Shown piece after piece: positions 46,281 through 57,023 of a stretch of DNA of 64,000 nucleotides (within the stretch, counting starts at the first letter, position 1; every line of letters starts with the position of its first letter). The stretch is from Collinsella sp. (GTDB lineage: Bacteria; Actinomycetota; Coriobacteriia; Coriobacteriales; Coriobacteriaceae): assembly GCA_019414445.1 (NCBI GenBank), contig DXMA01000009.1:2670-66669 (forward strand), in the 5' to 3' direction. Under the pieces are notes generated by a model. It worked only from the letters and a program-made list of their open reading frames with translations, did no database searches and was not told the origin of the DNA. A program made the position numbers and the translations under genes.

Positions 46281-47918
46281 ATGCAACATATCGATCGGAT
46301 TATCCGCTCCAAGAACGTCTTTACCGCGCAAGACGGCATCGATACTGCCCGCGAGCTGGCGATTGCCATCGCAGGCGACCGTATCGTCGCAGTCGGCAAG
46401 CCCGATGACGTGATCGCCGCCGCTCCCGCCGCCACGCCGGTTATCGACTACGGCGAGCAGTTTGTCTGCCCCGGTTTCCATGACGCTCATCTGCACTTCT
46501 TCCATACCTCGGTCGGTTCCTCGCCGTACATGCTCATGGATATGGGCACGTCCGAGGCGGCGCTGGTGCAGCACGCGCTCGAGTTTTCCCAGGACCTGCC
46601 CGATGACGCTTGGGTTGTGACGCAGGGCTGGCGCGACTACCGTTGGGACCCGCCCGCGCATCCTACCAAGGCGTCGCTCGATGCGGCATTCCCCGATCGC
46701 CCCTGCGTTATGTATTCGGGCGACGGGCACACGCTGTGGCTCAACAGCCGCGCACACGAAGCCCTCGGCGTGACACGCGACAGCGAGCCTCCGGCGGGTG
46801 GTAGCTACGACAAGGATGCAAACGGCGAGCTCACGGGTATCGCTCACGAGGCGGCCGCTATGCAGCTGCTTCCGCGCTGCCTTGAGTGGCTGGGGGAGGA
46901 TCGCATTGCAAGCGCTTACGCCGATCAAATGAGGCGTATGGCCGAGCAGGGCATCACCTCGATCTGCGACATGTCGCTCATGCCCATGCCGGGCTGCGAT
47001 TTTATCCGCGACGATGTCTACGACAAACTGCAGGCAGCCGGCAAGTTGGGCATCCGAGCCCATCTGTTCCCCACGCTGCTGGATGACCAGTTGCGCTTGG
47101 AAGAGCTGCAGACCCGCTACGCGAACAACGCGCTGCTCTCGGCGCCAGGCTTTAAGCAGTTCTTCGACGGCGTGTCGAGCGAACACACGGCATATCTCAC
47201 CGAGCCCTATACCAATCCGCGCTTCCCGGGCGACCAGGGCCGTCTGACAGTTCCTGCCGAGCGCATGCGTAAGCTAGTTCTGGCGGCTGCGGAGCGCGGC
47301 CACACTGTGCGTATCCACGTTATCGGCGACGGTGCGATTCATGCCGCGCTGGATATCTTCGAGGAGGCCGCCGACCTGTACGGCCTGCCCCAGCACGGCC
47401 ATAACACACTCGAGCATCTGGAGAACCTCCTGCCCGAGGACATCGACCGCCTGCGCAAGCTCAACGTGATTGCCTCGAGTCAACCCTGTCACATTACGCT
47501 CGACCCGGGCGGCCCCGAGCGCGATTTGGGCATGGAGCGCAGCCGCATCATGTGGCCGTTTGCAACCTATAAGCAGCGCGGCATTCGCCAAGCCTTCGGT
47601 ACTGACAGCCCTATCACGCCCGTTACCAGCATGAACGTGCTCTACACGGCTATCACGCGCCAAGACCCCAAAAGCCACTGGCCCGAGGGCGGCTGGCTGC
47701 CGAGCGAGCGCATCGATGCAGCAACAGCCCTGCGCAACTACACCCTGGGCAGCGCCTATGCAGCGGGCGACGAGCAAAACCTCGGCAGCCTAGAACCCGG
47801 CAAATACGCCGACCTGGTAGTCCTGGACCAAAACCCGCTCACCATCGACCCCCAAGAGCTGCAAGCCACCAAGGTTCAGGCCACCTACCTGGCAGGCAAC
47901 TTAATCTACGAGCGCTGA
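46281..47918 (+). CDS. Amidohydrolase 3 family (YtcJ-like) metal-dependent hydrolase
   Basis: PGFHDAHLH, H..W.NS, K.F.DG, HVIGD.A, EH, GTD.P, GSLEPGKYAD. Confidence 0.92.
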   Translation: MQHIDRIIRSKNVFTAQDGIDTARELAIAIAGDRIVAVGKPDDVIAAAPAATPVIDYGEQFVCPGFHDAHLHFFHTSVGSSPYMLMDMGTSEAALVQHALEFSQDLPDDAWVVTQGWRDYRWDPPAHPTKASLDAAFPDRPCVMYSGDGHTLWLNSRAHEALGVTRDSEPPAGGSYDKDANGELTGIAHEAAAMQLLPRCLEWLGEDRIASAYADQMRRMAEQGITSICDMSLMPMPGCDFIRDDVYDKLQAAGKLGIRAHLFPTLLDDQLRLEELQTRYANNALLSAPGFKQFFDGVSSEHTAYLTEPYTNPRFPGDQGRLTVPAERMRKLVLAAAERGHTVRIHVIGDGAIHAALDIFEEAADLYGLPQHGHNTLEHLENLLPEDIDRLRKLNVIASSQPCHITLDPGGPERDLGMERSRIMWPFATYKQRGIRQAFGTDSPITPVTSMNVLYTAITRQDPKSHWPEGGWLPSERIDAATALRNYTLGSAYAAGDEQNLGSLEPGKYADLVVLDQNPLTIDPQELQATKVQATYLAGNLIYER

Positions 47919-48176
47919 TGTTCATACCGTATCGTTAAACGCGGCTCGGGCAGTCTATTTTGGGATGGCGCTCGAGCCGCGTTTGTTTGCCGATGGGGTC
48001 CGTCAGGAGTGTCCCCGCTCTGCTGGATTTGGGCGCAAGGTGGAGGCACTACTGTCCCGCGCGCTCAATTTGGACATCAGCAATGCTTTCTCTTGATGTT
48101 TTGCATACTTCCAGTTGCAGATTGCATAAAAAAGTTGAGATGTTCTTTCCGGTCTTGATGTACCCCCGCCTGGGCC

Positions 48177-48410
48177 GTGCAAAAAACGGAGTTTTCAGCA
48201 CCGCGAGCTCTGCCGGCGCCGCTGCAGTTGGGTGTTATTGCGGAGATCGACGTCATTTTGGGGCCCGACGTGGCGCGAGGCACGCTTGTTTGTTTCGACG
48301 AGCTCTGTCTGCCGACCCAAATCGCCGGTCGAAGGCATCCGTGGGACCAACAAGGTGCGCCCGGTGCGTATACATCCGTCCTGGCCTGCTGAAAACTCCC
48401 AAAAATGCAC
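48177..48410. repeat. Imperfect inverted repeat pair in a non-coding stretch
   Basis: GTGCAAAAAACGGAGTTTTCAGCA (48177) and TGCTGAAAACTCCCAAAAATGCAC (48387); 13-bp perfect core. Confidence 0.6.
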
Positions 48411-48489
48411 AGTGCTCCCCAGGGGACCCGTGCGCGCAACGAAAACCATGCCCATGTCGCTATCCGCATCGCCATTTTGCTGCACTGAC

Positions 48490-48700
48490 TTTTCTGAATG
48501 CCTGACCCGAATTAGTTAACCTGTCTCCCGTGTGGCTCCGGAGGGGCGGGGCATAAGGTTTATTGCGAGTTCCGCACGAGCCGAAGGCCACTTAATGTGG
48601 CCTTCGTGCGAGCAGGACTGCCCGAGCAGGAAACCTTATATCCCGCCCCTCCGGCGCCACACGGGAGCCGCGCACAAGTTATCCTCCGGCATTCAGAAAA
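48490..48700. mobile_element. ~211-bp fully fold-back MITE/REPIN-like element upstream of groES
   Basis: 13-bp terminal IR TTTTCTGAATGCC/GGCATTCAGAAAA; ~35-bp inner stem; central CGAAGGCCAC/GTGGCCTTCG hairpin. Mobility is inferred, not shown. Confidence 0.55.
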
Positions 48701-48736
48701 TCTAAGTGCCAAAAAATAAGATTTTTTGACTCTGTG

Positions 48737-48765
48737 TTGTATAACCCGCCATTCGTGGGTACCAT
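48737..48765 (+). promoter_or_regulatory. Sigma-A-like promoter of groES-groEL
   Basis: TTGTAT-N17-TACCAT. Confidence 0.5.
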
Positions 48766-48837
48766 TCAACGCGTACGCAAACAAAAAGGGTTAATCCGCG
48801 CGGCATGACCGCGCGGCCCACAAAGGAGGAAACAAGC

Positions 48838-49131
48838 ATGTCGTCTTTGAAGCCGCTTGCAGATCGCGTCCTGGTCAAGCCCGACGAGGCCGAGCAGAAG
48901 ACCGCCTCTGGTCTGTACATCGCCAGTAACGCTCAGGAGAAGCCGCAGCGCGGCACCATCGTTGCCGTGGGCGCCGGCAAGGTCAACGACAAGGGTGAGC
49001 GCATCCCCATGGACGTCAAGGTTGGCGACGTTGTCATCTACGGTAAGTTCGGTGGCAACGAGGTCAAGGTCGACGGCGAGAAGTATCTGCTCATGCGCGC
49101 CGACGACATCTACGCCGTCGTCGAGGCCTAG
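48838..49131 (+). CDS. groES: Co-chaperonin GroES
   Basis: LKPLADRVLV, KTASGLYI, EKPQ.G..VAVG.G; AAGGAGG RBS. Confidence 0.98.
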   Translation: MSSLKPLADRVLVKPDEAEQKTASGLYIASNAQEKPQRGTIVAVGAGKVNDKGERIPMDVKVGDVVIYGKFGGNEVKVDGEKYLLMRADDIYAVVEA

Positions 49132-49149
49132 TCTCGTCAGAATCTCTGA

Positions 49150-50865
<1,716 letters not shown>

Positions 50866-50891
50866 GGCCGACAAGGTCTAGAACTCCCACC

Positions 50892-50942
50892 GGGGATCCG
50901 GGGGCGTGACGGGGCTTCTCTCCGGAACGTCCTCGGATCCCC
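50892..50942 (+). terminator. Hairpin after groEL
   Basis: GGGGATCCG.GG.CGT...ACGTCCTCGGATCCCC. Confidence 0.55.
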
Positions 50943-51142
50943 TGCGTTTACGGCCTTGAAGTCGGCTCGCGGAGAAAGTCGTGGTTGATGGGAGTACGTG
51001 TCCCTTTCGCTGTTTCGCGCTTTGCGCGAAAGGCGCGCTACTTTGGGATGGATGGGGAACGTGGTAGTTGCGGCAACTGGTTCCCACCATAAATTACCCT
51101 TGGCATACTTGCGCGAAAGCCTACTGGTGCTACACTTGCTAT

Positions 51143-51330
51143 TGCTGTTTCAGGGCGGGGTGAAATTCCCCACTGGCGGTAAATCGGGCGGTGCCAAAGG
51201 GGTGCCGTGGCGCAGGCGAGGACTTGCGTCGAGCCGATGAGTCCGCGACCCGTGCGTGTGTTGGTTCGCATGCCGGCTGAACTGGTGAGATACCAGTACC
51301 AACGGTTAGAGTCCGGATGAAAGAGGCAGG
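51143..51330 (+). ncRNA. FMN riboswitch (RFN element)
   Basis: TCAGGGCGGGGTGAAATTCCCCACTGGCGGT ... TCCGCGA ... CTGGTGAGATACCAG.ACC.ACGGT.A.AGTCCGGATGAAAGA; directly upstream of ribU. Confidence 0.95.
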
Positions 51331-51337
51331 TGATCTT

Positions 51338-51928
51338 ATGTCTGAACAGTCGCAGCATATCCATTTTGAGAACACAAATAGGTGGAGCACCAAACAGCTC
51401 GTTACCATGGCGTTGATGTGTGCCTTGGGCGCCCTGTTTATGTACGTGCAGCTGCCCATCCTTCCTTCGGCGCCGTTTTTGACCTATGACCCGTCGCTGG
51501 TGCCGGCGATGGTGTGTGGGTTTGCGTATGGTCCTGGTGCCGGTACCGCCGTTGCCGCCATGGCGATCGTTATCCATGCGCTCACTACGGGTGACTGGGT
51601 CGGCGCGCTTATGAACCTGGTTGCCACGCTGGGCTACATTCTGCCCGCGGCTATCGTCTACCAGAAGATGCATACCTACAAGGGTGCTGTGATTGGCCTG
51701 GTGCTCGGTGTCATTGCCGCTACGGCGCTGTCCATGGTCGCGAACCTGACCATCGGCGTTTGGTTCTGGTATGGCTCGGCCGATGTGATTGCCCCGCTCA
51801 TGCTTCCTGCCGTGCTGCCGTTTAACCTCATCAAGACCGTGCTTAATTCGGTGTTGACGCTGGCGGTGTATAAGGCAGTCTCCAATCTCATCACGCCTAA
51901 AAAGGACCAGGTCAAAGGCCGCGCATGA
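51338..51928 (+). CDS. ribU: ECF transporter S component, riboflavin (RibU)
   Basis: PFL.YDPS.VPA...GFAYGP.AG, G..MN, LPFNLIK; FMN riboswitch upstream. Confidence 0.88.
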   Translation: MSEQSQHIHFENTNRWSTKQLVTMALMCALGALFMYVQLPILPSAPFLTYDPSLVPAMVCGFAYGPGAGTAVAAMAIVIHALTTGDWVGALMNLVATLGYILPAAIVYQKMHTYKGAVIGLVLGVIAATALSMVANLTIGVWFWYGSADVIAPLMLPAVLPFNLIKTVLNSVLTLAVYKAVSNLITPKKDQVKGRA

Positions 51929-53829
51929 TTGAGTGTCGGGGCGTTTCCTTTAGCTATGACGGTGCCGCACCGGCACTCGACGGCGTCGATCTGAACATCG
52001 AGGACGGCGAGTTTTTCTGCATTCTCGGTGGCAATGGGTCGGGCAAGTCGACGTTTGCCAAGCATCTGAATGCGCTGTTGCAGCCCGATGCGGGCACGGT
52101 ACGTATCAACGGCATGGATACGTCCGATCCCGAGCTGGTCTACGACATCCGTTCGACCGCGGGCATGGTGTTCCAGAATCCCGATGACCAGCTGGTGGCA
52201 ACGCTTGTCGAAGATGACGTTGCGTTTGGTCCCGAGAACTTAGGGGTCGAATCGGCCCAGATCGCGCAGCGCGTACGCGAGGCGCTGAAGGGCGTGGGCC
52301 TGGTGGGCTTTGAGCGCCATGAGACCCACGCTCTCTCGGGCGGTCAAAAGCAGCGCGTGGCGCTTGCCGGCGTGCTCGCCATGGAGCCGCGCGTGCTCAT
52401 TTTGGACGAGGCGTCCTCGATGCTCGATCCGCGCGGGCGCAAGGGCCTCATGAAGGCTTGCCGCGCGTTGCGCGATCGCGGCATGACTATCGTGATGATT
52501 ACGCACTTTATGGAAGAGGCCGCCGAGGCCGATCGCGTCGCGGTGTTTCGGGCGGGGCGTGTTGCCATGCTCGGTACGCCCGAGGAAATCTTGACGCGGG
52601 CGGACGAACTTGCGCAGTTCAACCTGGATATGCCGGCGTCGTGCTGTTTAGGTAGGGCACTTCGTGAGAAGGGCGTGCCCGTTTGCGCGCAGGTGCGCGA
52701 GGCGGATATGGTCGCCGAGATTGTGCAGGCTTATGCCGAGCGGAGTGGGGCGGACATCGCAGGACAGCCTTCCGCATCCGATTCTCATGTGCTTGACAAT
52801 GGATCCTCTGCAGCCGACGGGATAGCCGCGTCGGAGCCTGTTATCGAGATTTCGCATCTCTCGCATAGTTACTCGCTGAGCGCCCGCGAGCGCCGTCGAT
52901 GGCGCAAGCGTTCGACCGCTGCGGACGCATCGAGCAAACAGGCCCTTTGGGGCAACGATCCAAACAGCCCCTGGGCGCTACGCGATGTTTCGCTGACGGT
53001 GCATCGCGGGGAGTTTCTGGGCCTGGCGGGTCACACCGGCTCGGGTAAATCAACGCTGGTCCAGCATCTCAACGGGCTGATTCGTCCTCAGGAGGGAAGC
53101 GTTTGCGCGCTGGGGCTCGACCTATCAAACAAGAAAGACGCCGCCGCGGTTAAGGCCAAGGTCGGCGTGGTGTTTCAGTATCCCGAGCGTCAGCTATTTG
53201 CCGAGACCGTGGCGCAGGACGTGGCGTTTGGCCCGCGTAACCTTGGCCTGCTGCAAGACGAGGTTGCACGCCGTGTCGCATCATCGCTCGCGCGCGTGGG
53301 CCTCGACCTTGCCGTGATAGGCGACAAGAGCCCCTTTGAGCTTTCGGGTGGACAGCAGCGCCGCGTGGCGTTTGCCGGTGTGCTCGCTATGGAGCCCGAG
53401 GTCCTGGTGCTCGATGAGCCCATGGCGGGGCTCGATCCGGCTGCGCGCAGGGATTTCCTAGGGCTCATCGATCGGCTCCATCGTGAGGGCCTGACCGTTG
53501 TCATGGTTTCGCACAGCATGGATGACCTGGCAAATTGCTGCGACCGCATCGTTGTGATGAACGAGGGCGCGGTGTTTGCCGAGGGAACGCCCGCGCAGGT
53601 GTTTGCACATGCCGACGAGCTCAAATCGATCGGTTTGGGCGTTCCCGCCGCCCAGCGTATGGCCTTGGCACTTGCGGAAGCCGGCGTGCCGCTTTGCTGC
53701 GACAAGCTCTATACGGTTGAGTCACTGGCCGATGAGCTGGCCGGCTTGCTGCTGGGCTGCGCGGACAAGCCTGCGGGAGCCCCGCGTCAGGATGGTTCCA
53801 AGGTGGCCACGCGAGAGGAGGGCTGCTAA
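51925..53829 (+). CDS. ECF transporter ATPase, fused tandem EcfA-EcfA'
   Basis: Two ABC domains: GGNGSGKS/FQNPD.Q/LSGGQKQR and GHTGSGKS/FQYPE.Q/SPFELSGGQ.RR. Confidence 0.93.
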   Translation: MIECRGVSFSYDGAAPALDGVDLNIEDGEFFCILGGNGSGKSTFAKHLNALLQPDAGTVRINGMDTSDPELVYDIRSTAGMVFQNPDDQLVATLVEDDVAFGPENLGVESAQIAQRVREALKGVGLVGFERHETHALSGGQKQRVALAGVLAMEPRVLILDEASSMLDPRGRKGLMKACRALRDRGMTIVMITHFMEEAAEADRVAVFRAGRVAMLGTPEEILTRADELAQFNLDMPASCCLGRALREKGVPVCAQVREADMVAEIVQAYAERSGADIAGQPSASDSHVLDNGSSAADGIAASEPVIEISHLSHSYSLSARERRRWRKRSTAADASSKQALWGNDPNSPWALRDVSLTVHRGEFLGLAGHTGSGKSTLVQHLNGLIRPQEGSVCALGLDLSNKKDAAAVKAKVGVVFQYPERQLFAETVAQDVAFGPRNLGLLQDEVARRVASSLARVGLDLAVIGDKSPFELSGGQQRRVAFAGVLAMEPEVLVLDEPMAGLDPAARRDFLGLIDRLHREGLTVVMVSHSMDDLANCCDRIVVMNEGAVFAEGTPAQVFAHADELKSIGLGVPAAQRMALALAEAGVPLCCDKLYTVESLADELAGLLLGCADKPAGAPRQDGSKVATREEGC

Positions 53830-54629
53830 TGGAGGCGTTTTCGTTTGGCAGCTACTATCCGGGGAATAGCGCAATCCACCGTCTGGATCCGCGCACCAAG
53901 CTGCTGCTGGGCTTCATGTTTCTGATTACGGCACTCACCGTCGGCAGCTTCCGGGGGCTGGTTCCGGTCGCAATGTTTGTCGTACTGGTCTATGTTGTTG
54001 CCCAGGTGCCGCTGCGTCGCGTCTTGTCGTCGATGGCGCCGCTACTGGCGATTGTTGTGGTAGTCGCGGTACTCAACCTGTTTTCCGACCAGAGCGGGCG
54101 CATCCTGTGGCAGCTCGGCTTTTTACGGGTGAGCGAGGGGTCTTTGTATTCCGCTGCCTTTATGGCGTGCCGCCTGACGTTGATGATGGCCGGCATGAGC
54201 GCCATTACACTCACCACGCCGACACTCGACCTCACCGCGGGTTTTGAGCGTCTGCTCGCACCATTTGCGCGCGTGGGGCTTCCGGCGCACGAGCTCGGCA
54301 TGATTATGGGTATCGCGCTGCGGTTTATGCCGCAATTTGCCACCGAGATGAAGCAGACGGCCGATGCGCAGGCAAGTCGCGGCGCGCGCGTGACGGGCGG
54401 TCCGCTCGGCGGTGTGCGCATGCTCGGCAGTGTGGCGATTCCACTGTTCACCGGCGTTTTCCGTCATGCCGAGACGCTTTCGGCCGCCATGGATGCGCGC
54501 TGTTATCACGGCGAGCAGGGGCGCACGCGTCTGCATGCGCTTACGTTTGGTCGTGAGGACGCGCTGGCAGCGCTGGCGATGGCGCTGCTGGTGACATGCG
54601 TTGTCGTTATCAATCTTCAACTCGTCTAA
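53829..54629 (+). CDS. ecfT: ECF transporter transmembrane component T
   Basis: HRLDPRTKL, IALRF.P, AQASRG, AMDARCY. Confidence 0.93.
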   Translation: MEAFSFGSYYPGNSAIHRLDPRTKLLLGFMFLITALTVGSFRGLVPVAMFVVLVYVVAQVPLRRVLSSMAPLLAIVVVVAVLNLFSDQSGRILWQLGFLRVSEGSLYSAAFMACRLTLMMAGMSAITLTTPTLDLTAGFERLLAPFARVGLPAHELGMIMGIALRFMPQFATEMKQTADAQASRGARVTGGPLGGVRMLGSVAIPLFTGVFRHAETLSAAMDARCYHGEQGRTRLHALTFGREDALAALAMALLVTCVVVINLQLV

Positions 54630-54659
54630 GCTCGATTCGAGCGCAAGAAAGGGGTCTCT

Positions 54660-55106
54660 ATGACCGACATCGATCGCACGGCTCAGCTCGAGCGCATCTG
54701 CTCGTATCTCAGACGCATTCCGGCGTGGTATCTTGCCACGACCGATGCGAGCGACGGGCATCAGCCCCGCGTGAGGCCGTTTTCGTTTGCCATGGTCGAT
54801 GACGACAAGCTGTGGTTTTGCACGTCGCGCGACAAGGACGTGTGGGCGGAGTTGAGCGCGAATCCCAAGTTTGAGGTATCGGGCTGGAAGCCGGGGGAGT
54901 GCTGGATCGTGTTAACTGGCGAGGCTGCGCTCGAGGATGATGCAGTCGTAAGCGACAAGGTACGCCAGGCGGGCTTTAAACACATGGTGGGCATTGGCGA
55001 GCAACACGATAGTGCCAACGACGGCCGCCTTGCGTTCTTCTCGGTCCGCAACATCGCCGCGCGGTTCTGCGATATCGACGGCAGCGAAGAGCGCCTGGAG
55101 CTCTAG
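54660..55106 (+). CDS. Pyridoxamine 5'-phosphate oxidase-like FMN-binding protein
   Basis: YLAT...QPRVRPF, LWFCT...KDV..EL..NP.FE. Confidence 0.85.
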   Translation: MTDIDRTAQLERICSYLRRIPAWYLATTDASDGHQPRVRPFSFAMVDDDKLWFCTSRDKDVWAELSANPKFEVSGWKPGECWIVLTGEAALEDDAVVSDKVRQAGFKHMVGIGEQHDSANDGRLAFFSVRNIAARFCDIDGSEERLEL

Positions 55107-55157
55107 CGCGTCTCAAATTAACTACTCGTTCCAAATTGGCTAGTGGCAGGAGGAAAC

Positions 55158-55568
55158 GTGGACGGATTGAATACGGTGTTGGAGTATCTGACGTCGGTGC
55201 CGGCGTGGTATCTGGCGACGAGCGTGGATGGGCAGCCGCATGTGCGTCCGTTTTCGTTTGCACAGATCCAGGATGGCAAGCTGTGGTTTGTGACGGCGCG
55301 CACCAAAGATGTGTGGCAGGAGCTTCTGCAAAACCAGCGCTTTGAGGCCACGAGTTGGTGGCCGGGCCATGGCTGGTTGATCCTGCGCGGACGCGCGGGC
55401 CTGGACGACCGGGCTTCGGACGAAATGCGCGAGGCCGGATGGAAGCATCTTGAGCGCTTAAGCGAGCACTATGAGGGCCCTTACGACCCCACGCTCGTCT
55501 TCTTTAGCGTCGAGGATCCCGAGGCTTTTATCTGCAATCACGACGAATGGGTGCCGGTCGAGCTCTAG
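55158..55568 (+). CDS. Pyridoxamine 5'-phosphate oxidase-like FMN-binding protein (tandem paralogue)
   Basis: YLATSVDGQPHVRPF, LWFVT...KDVW.EL..N; GTG start after AGGAGG. Confidence 0.85.
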   Translation: MDGLNTVLEYLTSVPAWYLATSVDGQPHVRPFSFAQIQDGKLWFVTARTKDVWQELLQNQRFEATSWWPGHGWLILRGRAGLDDRASDEMREAGWKHLERLSEHYEGPYDPTLVFFSVEDPEAFICNHDEWVPVEL

Positions 55569-55605
55569 CCAGCTGACTCATCCCAACAACTTGGTTTTTC
55601 GCATG

Positions 55606-55668
55606 GGCGGGCCCCGTATTGCCTGACGCCGTTAGGGGCGCCGGTCAATACGGGGCCCGCTCTATTTG
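55606..55668 (+). terminator. Terminator-like hairpin ending the ribU operon
   Basis: GCGGGCCCCGTATTG...CAATACGGGGCCCGC. Confidence 0.7.
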
Positions 55669-55703
55669 TCAATTCCTTCAAGCGAATGTATCGGGAATGT
55701 TTC

Positions 55704-55742
55704 AATGCATGAATATGCAAACTATTTACGTATCCATGCATC
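55704..55742. promoter_or_regulatory. Tandem ARG boxes (ArgR operators)
   Basis: AATGCATGAATATGCAAA (55704-55721), 3-bp gap, TTTACGTATCCATGCATC (55725-55742), upstream of argC. Confidence 0.8.
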
Positions 55743-55826
55743 TTTTGGTGCTAAAGTTTCAACCCACTTCATAACGACCGCTGCGAAATGCGCATCGGTG
55801 CATAAATCGCAGACAAGGAGTCTGAT

Positions 55827-56897
55827 ATGTCTTTGAAGGTTGGAATCGTCGGCGCGGCTGGATATGCCGGAGCCGAGCTCATTCGTCTCGTGCTCGGCCA
55901 TCCCGAGTTTGAACTTGTTGCCATTACGTCCAATGCCGATGCCGGACAGCCGCTGTCTGCGGTGTACCCGAGCTTTGCCGGCGTGAGCGATCTGAAATTT
56001 ACCACGCATGATGCCCCCGAGCTCAAGACCTGCGACGCTGTCTTTTTGGCCGTGCCGCACACCGCCGCCATGGCGCAGGTGCCCACCCTGCTTGCCGCGG
56101 GCGTTTCCTGCTTTGACCTTTCGGCCGATTATCGCCTGAGCGATCCGGCCGTGTTCGAGGCGTGGTATGCCGCCGAGCACATGAGCCCCGAGCTGCTCAA
56201 GACGCGCGCTTTTGGCCTGCCCGAGCTGTTCTGTCGGGACTTGGAGACCGCCGCATCCGATTATGCTGGCGGCAAGTCCGTGCTGGTTGCCTGCGCCGGT
56301 TGCTATCCCACCGCAACGAGCCTCGCCGCCGCGCCCGCCGTGCGCGCCGGCTGGGTTGCACAGAGTGGTCCTGTGATCGTCGATGCTATCAGCGGCGTGA
56401 CGGGCGCCGGTAAGTCCTGTAACGCCCGCGCCCATTTTTGCAGTGCGGACGAGAACCTGGAGGCCTATGGCGTGGGCAAGCATCGTCATACGCCCGAGAT
56501 CGAGCAGATTCTTGGCCTGGCCGACCGCATTGTCTTTACGCCGCACCTGGCACCGCTCAAGCGCGGTCTGCTTTCCACGGTGACGATGCCGCTCGCGCCG
56601 CAGGCTCTCGACACGCTGACTCTTGAGGACGTTGTCGACCATTACAAACTGTTCTACGCCGGACGCAGCTTTGTGCGCGTGCTCGATGCCGGCCGGCAGC
56701 CCAAGACAGCTTCGGTCGTCGGTACCAATGCCGCCCAGATTGGCCTTGCGCTCAACAAGCGCGCAGGCGTGCTGGTGGCGACAGGTGCGATCGACAATCT
56801 TTGCAAGGGTGCTGCGGGCCAGGCGGTCCAGTGCGCCAACATCGTCTTTGGTTTTGACGAGCGACGAGGCTTGCCCACAGTGGCGTGCCCGGTGTAG
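55827..56897 (+). CDS. argC: N-acetyl-gamma-glutamyl-phosphate reductase
   Basis: GAAGYAGAEL, DLSADYR, GCYPT, SGVTGAG, HRHTPEI, DNL.KGAAGQA. Confidence 0.97.
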   Translation: MSLKVGIVGAAGYAGAELIRLVLGHPEFELVAITSNADAGQPLSAVYPSFAGVSDLKFTTHDAPELKTCDAVFLAVPHTAAMAQVPTLLAAGVSCFDLSADYRLSDPAVFEAWYAAEHMSPELLKTRAFGLPELFCRDLETAASDYAGGKSVLVACAGCYPTATSLAAAPAVRAGWVAQSGPVIVDAISGVTGAGKSCNARAHFCSADENLEAYGVGKHRHTPEIEQILGLADRIVFTPHLAPLKRGLLSTVTMPLAPQALDTLTLEDVVDHYKLFYAGRSFVRVLDAGRQPKTASVVGTNAAQIGLALNKRAGVLVATGAIDNLCKGAAGQAVQCANIVFGFDERRGLPTVACPV

Positions 56898-57023
56898 CAC
56901 ATTCGATTGTTAACGATTTAGTAGTCGGGTATCGAGTTGGGCGCCACTTTTAAGCTGGTCTCGTGATTGTGACTGGTATGGCGCTCCGACCGATGCCCAC
57001 TTTTTGTTTGATATAAAGGAGCC

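Noticed and set aside
45540..47186. Apparent long overlap of the 845-aa and 792-aa ORFs
   Set aside because: Domain starts and RBS positions place the real starts at 46112(-) and 46281(+); the extensions are stop-free antisense frames.
47960..48519. Short ORFs in the intergenic region before groES
   Set aside because: No RBS, motifs or coding-like bias; they overlap inverted repeats.
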